Source of the DNA: Thermoplasmata archaeon
Lineage (GTDB): Archaea > Thermoplasmatota > Thermoplasmata > Lutacidiplasmatales > UBA184
NCBI GenBank assembly: GCA_030037875.1
Contig: JASHPV010000183.1
Location: forward strand, 1 to 54,361
Length of the DNA: 54,361 bases
Direction of reading: 5' to 3'
The notes beneath the pieces are model-generated. The model saw nothing but the letters and a program-made list of their open reading frames with translations. It was not told the origin of the DNA and made no database searches. Every line of letters begins with the position of its first letter. Positions within the stretch are counted from its first letter, which is position 1. Made by a program: the position numbers and the translations under genes. Positions 47,570 to 54,361 of this stretch are shown here, piece after piece.

Positions 47570-48151
47570 TTAGGTGGTAGGAGGCTTAGGTGGCTTACTC
47601 CTCTGCCGGCGAATCGCGAAGGCGAGGCCTGCGCCAACCCCGACAACCGGCACGGCGAGGAGCAGGAACACCGACAGAACGGAGGGCGCCACGAGAACCG
47701 CGGGGCAGCCTGCGCAGACAGCCGGATTTTCTTGAAAGAACGGACCTGTGACGTTCCCAGTGGAGGAGTTAGCCGCCCAGTACTCCTGCTCCGAACATTC
47801 ACCGAATGCATGGGCCCACGTAGTGTTCCGACATGTTGCAATCCAGACGAAACCCCAGTCGTAAAACGTCCCATTCGGCCCACCGGAGCTACCCCAGGTG
47901 AAGTTCATAATCCCCCAGGCACGAAGAGCAGCACCGAACTGAGCCTCGCTGCAGATTTCTAGGAACTGGGAGGAGTTCACCTCAGGATCTGCGTTCAGGA
48001 TCGTTGTGCAGGCGGAGGCGAGTGCCGTCTGCCCGTGGAACCCCTCCATGTCCGGACTCGCAACCGCAAGTCCTACGCCTTGCCCGCAGAGGGCAAGGAT
48101 TGCAAGGAGAACCAGCAGCTTCGGGAAGGCAAGGAAAGAGGACCGAGGCAT
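47570..48151 (-). CDS. Secreted Cys-rich protein with C-terminal membrane anchor
   Basis: Signal peptide, six Cys and several N-x-S/T sequons in the mature part, TM followed by RRQRSK. Confidence 0.7.
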   Translation of the reverse strand: MPRSSFLAFPKLLVLLAILALCGQGVGLAVASPDMEGFHGQTALASACTTILNADPEVNSSQFLEICSEAQFGAALRAWGIMNFTWGSSGGPNGTFYDWGFVWIATCRNTTWAHAFGECSEQEYWAANSSTGNVTGPFFQENPAVCAGCPAVLVAPSVLSVFLLLAVPVVGVGAGLAFAIRRQRSKPPKPPTT

Positions 48152-48217
48152 CGCGCCCTCGGCCCATAGATGGGGTTACTTGACTTGAAGTCCTCGTCCG
48201 AGACAGGCGGGGCCGAT

Positions 48218-49039
48218 ATGTCGACCCGATATCTCGTCGTGGTCAGCGAGGCGGATTCCACGGCATCGTTCATCGCCGAGCGATGGGGGACCCCGCCGAG
48301 TATCGGTGAATTCGTCGAGGGGTCCGCGCTGCGGCAACTCGCTCCGGAAGTGGAGCTGCTTCGGCGCCCGGGTCTTCATGTCCTCGATGCGTCGCTCAGC
48401 CATGCCCTGCCCGAACGGCTTCGGTCAGTTCCGATCGTATTCCCGGCCCGGCACCGGAGCGAGAGCGGCATCGCTTGTCTGACGGTTCACCCGCTTGGTA
48501 ACCTCGGACCGACGGCGGAAGTGGGGGGCGAGCCCGGCCGGCTCGTCCCCACTGCTGCCCGTCTGATGGCCGACGCGTTACGGCAGCTGGAGGAGCCGGC
48601 TCGGGCCATCGCGGTACCCGTTACCTATGAGGCCACGCATCACGGTCCTTTGCTGCACCAACCGGCCTTCTTCGTGGAAATCGCTGACGCGTTACCGGAG
48701 GCCGAAAGGCGCGCCGTGGCGATTCCTCTTGCCGACTCGCTATTGGACCTGGATGAGGATCCGGCCGACCGGGTGGTCGTCGGCGTCGGGGGAGGGCACT
48801 ACGCCCCGCACTTCACCGAACTAGCTCTGACACGCCGCTGGGCTTTTGGTCACATGGTTCCCCGACACGCCTTGGAAGGTCTCACCGCGGACGTGCAACG
48901 GCAACTTCGGGGCGGATCCCCTTCGGCGGAAGGCGTGCTCTTCCAGCGGGCGGCGGATGCGGACCGGCCCGAATGGAAGGGCTGGGGCGCGCGACTTCGT
49001 GACCCCGACGCTCCCCCGCGACCAACGGGCGAGGCGTAG
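48218..49039 (+). CDS. dtdA: D-aminoacyl-tRNA deacylase (archaeal DTD2)
   Basis: S..D.AS, RH.S, LTVH..GN, YEATHHGP, FVEI, G.GGGHYAP, FGH. Confidence 0.9.
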   Translation: MSTRYLVVVSEADSTASFIAERWGTPPSIGEFVEGSALRQLAPEVELLRRPGLHVLDASLSHALPERLRSVPIVFPARHRSESGIACLTVHPLGNLGPTAEVGGEPGRLVPTAARLMADALRQLEEPARAIAVPVTYEATHHGPLLHQPAFFVEIADALPEAERRAVAIPLADSLLDLDEDPADRVVVGVGGGHYAPHFTELALTRRWAFGHMVPRHALEGLTADVQRQLRGGSPSAEGVLFQRAADADRPEWKGWGARLRDPDAPPRPTGEA

Positions 49040-49047
49040 GATCCGTT

Positions 49048-49275
49048 TCAGTCGGAGTCGGCGCGGCGCTTGCCGGGCCGCTGGTACATGACCGCGCCGC
49101 TCCGGTAGACCGCCTTACCGATCCGTAGGGTCTGGGCCGACGCGAAGCGGGGCGCCTTTTCGGCCAGCATGAGGCTCTCGACGACTTGACGGAAGAGGGC
49201 GCTCTGGTTGATCTCCGGGTGCCGCTCCAGGAATTCGTTCTCTTCCGACGTGATTGTGATGTTCTTTCGCAGCAT
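49048..49275 (-). CDS. Small RHH-like protein (75 aa)
   Basis: MLRKNITIT.E..EFL....IN.S.L.R.....L pattern typical of RHH regulators/antitoxins. Confidence 0.65.
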   Translation of the reverse strand: MLRKNITITSEENEFLERHPEINQSALFRQVVESLMLAEKAPRFASAQTLRIGKAVYRSGAVMYQRPGKRRADSD

Positions 49276-49370
49276 CCCGACAATATCCGCGTGCAGCCGT
49301 GGCTTCCCGGGCATGGACGCTCGAACAGAGTATTCAGTATATATACGTATTCGAGTATTGGCAGCTTCTC

Positions 49371-50639
49371 TTACGGCGCCGGCGGACCCGCCGTAACGAC
49401 CACCGCATGGCCGGTGGTGAACCCCGTCTCGGCCGCCGCCCGAAGCTCCCGAGGACTGACCCGTCGAAGACGCGCGGGCCACGTCCGATAGAAGTCGCCC
49501 GGAAGACGATGATAGGCGACGTCGACGGCCAGCTCGTGGGCGGAGGCCGTGGTATCGAGTTCGAGAGGTAATGACCCGAGAGCGCTCTCCCGAATCCGTT
49601 CGAGCTCCGCCTGAGGAATGAGGTCGCTCGACAGGTTCTCGATCTCGTGGAGCATGAAACCGACGACTCGATCTCTCGTCGCGGGGTCGGTCCCGGCCAC
49701 CGCTTCCCAGTATCCACTCCAGCGCATCGCCTCGAGCTCACTGGAGGCGTGGTAGACAAGCCCGTGCTGCTCCCGAATCCGCTGGAAAAGCCGGGATAGG
49801 AGCGGGCGCCCTCCGAGCACTTCGTTCAACAGAAACAGTTCGGGATACGAGGGATCGGATCGGGCGATCGTTGACGCGCCGACGCGTACCGCGACCTGGC
49901 TCTGGCCCTTGATTGTCACGTTCAACCTCCGGCCTCGTGGCGACGCGGCCGGGAGTGAAGGAACCGGTGGATCAGAACAGAACTCGGCAGCCGGGAAGTG
50001 ACGCTCCAGAGAAAGCCTCAGGTCCCGCGGCGGCGCTCGGCTGGTGACCGCCAGGACACTTCCTCGAGCCGGGTAATGACTCCGGTGGAACCGCCGGAGG
50101 CCTTCGAGGGAAATCCGGGCGGCCGAACGCGCATTTCCGATCCCGGTGGAGCGATAGGGGTGTCCTTCTGGGAACACACGGGCCAGAAGTTCCCTCTCGG
50201 CTCGAAGGTCCGGCTGAACCATCTGACGGAGTTGACGTTCCTCCAGCTGTCGACGAGCACGCCCCAGTTCATCGGAGGCGAAGTAGGGCCGGAAGACCGC
50301 GTCGGCGAATATCTCCAGCAATGGGGCCCACGAATCCTGGGGGCCCCACAGCGTGATTTCTGCGGTCTCGGCCGCGATGCTGGCCGTCAACGACGCCCCC
50401 AGTCGGTCCAGCGTTCGGGCGAGATCTTCCCGGGAGCGTTTCCCCGGCCTTCCGACGACGAGCTTCGCGGCCACCGTCGCTAACCCCTCCGTGTCGGCAG
50501 GCTCGAATCCCCAACCCGCGGGCGCGACGTATGAAATGGAGAAGCTCCGGGCCGAAGCCGGCGGTGATTGGAGAATGACCTCGAGCCCGCTCTGGAGCGT
50601 CGTTCGTTCCATGAGCAGCGGGTCGCGCCGTTCGCTCAT
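49371..50639 (-). CDS. M16 peptidase family, non-catalytic subunit
   Basis: L.SGL, GL, LD.LGA, LN..LGG...SRLF..IRE..GL.Y; no HxxEH; ATGA overlap with the upstream gene. Confidence 0.9.
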   Translation of the reverse strand: MSERRDPLLMERTTLQSGLEVILQSPPASARSFSISYVAPAGWGFEPADTEGLATVAAKLVVGRPGKRSREDLARTLDRLGASLTASIAAETAEITLWGPQDSWAPLLEIFADAVFRPYFASDELGRARRQLEERQLRQMVQPDLRAERELLARVFPEGHPYRSTGIGNARSAARISLEGLRRFHRSHYPARGSVLAVTSRAPPRDLRLSLERHFPAAEFCSDPPVPSLPAASPRGRRLNVTIKGQSQVAVRVGASTIARSDPSYPELFLLNEVLGGRPLLSRLFQRIREQHGLVYHASSELEAMRWSGYWEAVAGTDPATRDRVVGFMLHEIENLSSDLIPQAELERIRESALGSLPLELDTTASAHELAVDVAYHRLPGDFYRTWPARLRRVSPRELRAAAETGFTTGHAVVVTAGPPAP

Positions 50640-51952
50640 TCGGCCGGTCCCCCTGTAGGTTCGTACCGGACCGTGACGCTCGACTCCTCTGAGAAGAGGC
50701 GTTCGGCCTCGAGCCGAGCCTCCGATCGCGAGACGCGGAGGACCTGCCGGAGCAGTTCGCGCTCGCGGCTCAGCGGCCCATTGATTCCGAAGAAACCGAG
50801 TCGGAATCCGGATCGAGTGCTCCCTTCGTAGGCCAGCTGAGCTCCGCGGGCGATGATCGTGCGGGCATCGGCCCATTCCGCTGGGCTGGGGCCTTCCCGT
50901 CGAAGCCGCCGAACCTCCGCTCGCAGCGCGTCCTCGACGGTCTCAATGGCGACTCGAGAGGCCGCCTGAGCCTCCAGCGTGAAAAGTCCTGGGTAGAGAC
51001 GGGGTCGATAATCGCTCGAGGCACGTACCGCTAGGCCGGCTCGAACTAGCTTCCGGTACAAGAGGGAGTTCGGGTGCTCGGTCGAACGGGACCAGAACGG
51101 TTGCGGTGAGAACAGACTGGTTTCGCCTCCGAGCAACTGGTCGAGCAACATGGTCGCCGCAGCCCGGCGATCGCCGAACGCTGGCGCTCGCCAGCCCACC
51201 TCGACAAGTGGGGTAGACCCGGGTCCACGGAGGTGGCCGCGACGGGATCCCCGGATTGCCGGTTCGGTGTCCGAGACCCCGGTCGGGTCCCCGCGGCTCT
51301 CGATGCGTCCGAACCGCGAGCGGATTTGACGCAACGCGGCCGAGGCGTCGAAGCCGCCGGTCAGAACGAGGAGCCCATTTCGCGGTCCGTAGAACCGGTG
51401 GTAATAGTCGGCCACCGCCGAGGTCGGCATGTGAGCCATGTCCCCGGCGAATCCGAGCGGATCCCAGCGATATGGGTGATGTCGAAAAGCGAGGGCGTGC
51501 AGTTCCTCTTCGACGCGGAATTCCGGACGATTTTCGTTCCCTTCTCGCTCCGACAGGATGACGACGCGTTCCCGATTCGAGTCCTTGGGCTCCATCCGGG
51601 CGTCGACCATCCGGTCGGATTCAATACGGAGCGGAACGGCCCAGTGTTCCTTCGGGACCGTGGCAAAGTAGGCCGTAAAATCGTTGTCCGTAAACGCGTT
51701 CGACGTGCCTCCGATGGCAAATATCGCTCGATCGATCTCTCCCTTCCGGTAGTGCGGGGAACCTTGGAACATCATGTGCTCGACCCAATGGCTTACCCCC
51801 GTGATTCCAGGATGTTCATTGACCGAACCAACGTGGTACCACACCCAACTGCTGACGGTCGGGCTCTGGTGATCGGGGGCAAGGATCACGTCGAGCCCGT
51901 TGGCCAGCCGCTGCCGGTACACCCGCCCCGGAAAGCCGAGGGACGACTTCAC
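50636..51952 (-). CDS. M16 peptidase family, catalytic subunit
   Basis: LANGL, VGS..E, HWVEHMMF (HxxEH), NAFT..D.T.Y, E.DRM, HPY. Confidence 0.93.
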   Translation of the reverse strand: MKSSLGFPGRVYRQRLANGLDVILAPDHQSPTVSSWVWYHVGSVNEHPGITGVSHWVEHMMFQGSPHYRKGEIDRAIFAIGGTSNAFTDNDFTAYFATVPKEHWAVPLRIESDRMVDARMEPKDSNRERVVILSEREGNENRPEFRVEEELHALAFRHHPYRWDPLGFAGDMAHMPTSAVADYYHRFYGPRNGLLVLTGGFDASAALRQIRSRFGRIESRGDPTGVSDTEPAIRGSRRGHLRGPGSTPLVEVGWRAPAFGDRRAAATMLLDQLLGGETSLFSPQPFWSRSTEHPNSLLYRKLVRAGLAVRASSDYRPRLYPGLFTLEAQAASRVAIETVEDALRAEVRRLRREGPSPAEWADARTIIARGAQLAYEGSTRSGFRLGFFGINGPLSRERELLRQVLRVSRSEARLEAERLFSEESSVTVRYEPTGGPAE

Positions 51953-52010
51953 GCGGGGCGGGAGTTGGCCCGGCTTATAACAGGCAAGTGACGGCCTGTT
52001 CCGTTAAGGC

Positions 52011-52898
52011 ATGACAATGGTTAAGTCCGGGCGCCCCCCACCGACCGCCGTGCCCGCGGCCTTCCAACTCGTTCGCTTGGGCAACACCATCGTATCGTTT
52101 GTCGGCACGATCGTCGGAGGGGTCGCGGCCCGCGGAGCGGGAGTGGAGCTGCCCGCGTCCCTGTGGATCGCCTTGGTGCTCGCCGCGTTCTCCACGGCGT
52201 TCGTGACCGCGGGGGGCAACGTCGTGAACGATATTCTGGACCGCGAGTCCGATCGAATCAACCATCCGGATCGTCCCCTCGTCACGGGCGCCATCTCGGC
52301 GGCCGCGGCTCGATGGACCGCGGCCGCGCTCCTCGTCGCGTCGGTCGTTGTGGCCATCCCCGTCATACTCGGCCGTCCGCTTGTAGGCGTCTTTCTAGCG
52401 GCGGCGCTGGTCGCGCTGCTCTCCTACGAGTTTCGGTTCAAGTCCGCCGGGTTCGGCGGTAATCTCTTGGTGGCCTTCTTGACGGGTCTGGTCTTCCTCT
52501 ACGGCGGAGCGGCGGCCGGGATGCCGGTGGCCGTCCTACCGTTTGGGTTCATGGCGTTCTTCGCCACCCTGAGTCGGGAAGTCATCAAAGACATGGAGGA
52601 CCTGGCCGGGGATGTGAACCGCCGGACACTGCCGCGAATCCGTGGGATGGGGTTCGCGAGCGGCGTCGCGCGGGGGTCTGTCGTCACCGCCCTTGCGCTC
52701 AGCGCAGTACCTCTCTTCATTCTCTTGCCGCTCGACTCCGTCGCGGGAATTATGTACGCGGCGCTGGTCCTCGTGGCGGATGCGTTGTTCGTCGTGTCGG
52801 TAGTATGGCTCCCGGCCCGACTGCATACCGAACAGACGGTGAGCAAAGGGGCCATGGCCGTGGCCCTACTGGCGTTCCTGGCGGTGGCGTTCCGGTAG
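52011..52898 (+). CDS. Digeranylgeranylglyceryl phosphate synthase (UbiA family)
   Basis: GNVVNDILD.E.D.INHP.RP, REVIKDMED..GD; adjacent to GGGPS. Confidence 0.9.
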   Translation: MTMVKSGRPPPTAVPAAFQLVRLGNTIVSFVGTIVGGVAARGAGVELPASLWIALVLAAFSTAFVTAGGNVVNDILDRESDRINHPDRPLVTGAISAAAARWTAAALLVASVVVAIPVILGRPLVGVFLAAALVALLSYEFRFKSAGFGGNLLVAFLTGLVFLYGGAAAGMPVAVLPFGFMAFFATLSREVIKDMEDLAGDVNRRTLPRIRGMGFASGVARGSVVTALALSAVPLFILLPLDSVAGIMYAALVLVADALFVVSVVWLPARLHTEQTVSKGAMAVALLAFLAVAFR

Positions 52899-52906
52899 GG
52901 GAAACG

Positions 52907-53656
52907 ATGGGTCGCGTGCTCCAGTATCTGACCGATAAACTGCGACGGGGCCCGCTCCATATGACGCTAATCGACCCGGAGAAGAAGGTTGGTCGCTCGG
53001 CGGCCAACGTCGCCGCCGCGGCGGTCGCTCTCGGCTCGGACGCGATCATGCTGGGCGGCTCGACGGGAATCTCCCCCGAGATCATGGCCGAAACGGTCCG
53101 TGCGGTGAAAGCGGCGGTCCCCGTGCCGACCATCATCTTCCCCGAGAGCCCCGCCTCCATCACCGCGGCGGCGGATGCGATTTACTTCATGAGTTTGCTT
53201 AACTCCCGAAGCGTCGACCACGTGATCCGGATGCAGGCGCATTCGGCGCTCGAGATCCTACGAATCGGACTGGAGCCGCTCTCGCTCGGGTACATCATCG
53301 TCGCTCCGGGGATGCGCGTAGGGGAGGTGGGCCAGGCCGACCCCGTCCCCCGCGAGAACGTAGAGCTGGCCCAATCGTACGCCTTGGCCGCCGAATTTCT
53401 CGGAATGCATCTGGTCTACCTGGAAGCCGGATCCGGGGCCCCCGCTCCGGTGCCCCCGGAAATGGTTCGGGCCGTCCGAAAGGTGCTGCACATCCCCGTG
53501 ATCGTCGGGGGAGGGATCCGGACGGCACAGGAAGCCGGGAATCTTCTTGCCGCCGGCGCTCAAATCCTCGTCACGGGGACCGTGACGGAACAGGAGGGCA
53601 TTGGCCCCGCGTTCGAAGGGATCCTATCGGAGGTACGTCGGGCGCGTGGCGAATGA
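52907..53656 (+). CDS. Geranylgeranylglyceryl phosphate synthase
   Basis: HMTLIDP.K, LGGST, FMSLLNS, YLEAGSGA, VGGGIR, VTG. Confidence 0.95.
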   Translation: MGRVLQYLTDKLRRGPLHMTLIDPEKKVGRSAANVAAAAVALGSDAIMLGGSTGISPEIMAETVRAVKAAVPVPTIIFPESPASITAAADAIYFMSLLNSRSVDHVIRMQAHSALEILRIGLEPLSLGYIIVAPGMRVGEVGQADPVPRENVELAQSYALAAEFLGMHLVYLEAGSGAPAPVPPEMVRAVRKVLHIPVIVGGGIRTAQEAGNLLAAGAQILVTGTVTEQEGIGPAFEGILSEVRRARGE

Positions 53657-54361
53657 TCCCACCCTCCCCACGCACTCCGTTGCCGAGGACCGCCAGAACC
53701 GGCTCTACTCCCGCTTCTTCTTCCGGGCTCCGTCGATCGCCTGGGCCGCGGTCCTTCTCGCGCTCGGCTCACTTCTTGACGCCGGTCTGACCTGGTTGCC
53801 CGGCGGCTTCCCTGTCCAATTCGCCTACGGCTGGGGGCTGGTCTTTCTCGTGCCCGGATTTGTCGGCCTGCTTCTGACAACTCCGCTGGCCCGCGCGCTA
53901 GGGGGTCATTTTCCCTGGCACCGGAACGCGCTGCTCGCACTCACCTCGAGCCTCGTTCCGATTCCGGTCCTCCTCGTATGGCGCGGCGTCGGACTGGCCG
54001 CGGGTCACCTTCCCGCGAGCATCCCGCTGATCCTGTTGTTCGTACAGGGACCGGTCCTGTGGTTTCGTCACATGACCCTGTTCGGCGTTTCCAAGCCGCA
54101 GCACGGGGCCTCTCTCCCCGCTTCGTTGTGTCAACCGTTGCTCGCGATCCTCGGCGTATTTCTACTGTACCCGCCCCCCGTACTCTGGGTCTTGGCGGCT
54201 GCCCTGTTCCTGCTTCTCGGTTTCTTGTGCGCGGCTCTGCTGCTCCGCGCGGCTGACCGACCCATCCGGCGAGAGTTCGGCGCTTCGGGCGTCTCGTTGA
54301 TCCGGCCCTTGATCGAACACGTGGGAAGTCGAGACCCCACGGCGACGGAGACGTTGGAGAA
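53653..54361 (+). CDS. DUF2070-like membrane protein (5' part; runs off window)
   Basis: ATGA overlap with GGGPS; MIPTLP...YSRFFFRAPS, multiple TMs, DRP.RR.FG.S...L; no stop before the window end. Confidence 0.7.

Overview
GC-rich archaeal chromosomal segment. The gene set (rpl15e, rpl44e/rps27e/aIF2a/nop10, L1-P0-P1, fibrillarin/Nop5, aTrm56, DTD2, GGGPS/DGGGPS, DUF835 and KaiC-like ATPases) points to a Thermoplasmata-type euryarchaeon; this assignment is inference. It is mostly housekeeping (translation, RNA modification, ether lipids, peptidases, PPK2, an ArcE-like arginine synthetase) with no CRISPR, transposase or integrase. Highlights: (1) a co-oriented block of three paralogous secreted beta-rich proteins with a C-terminal Cys pair, a membrane-anchored Pro-rich protein ending in a FYVE/RING-like Cys8 finger, and three KaiC-like proteins, a candidate undescribed surface-filament and signalling system; (2) a catalytically degenerate IleRS paralog fused to HhH and DUF835 domains; (3) a tRNA-Glu(CTC) with a 30-nt intron in the T-loop (59/60) in a perfect bulge-helix-bulge; (4) a 54-bp direct repeat bracketing an 8-repeat Ig-like surface protein gene next to a dif-like sequence; (5) two genes (pduO and an M2/M3-like peptidase) whose N-termini have no in-frame ATG/GTG/TTG; (6) a ~1490-aa helical-repeat protein. 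All family calls come from motif recognition by eye, not database searches.
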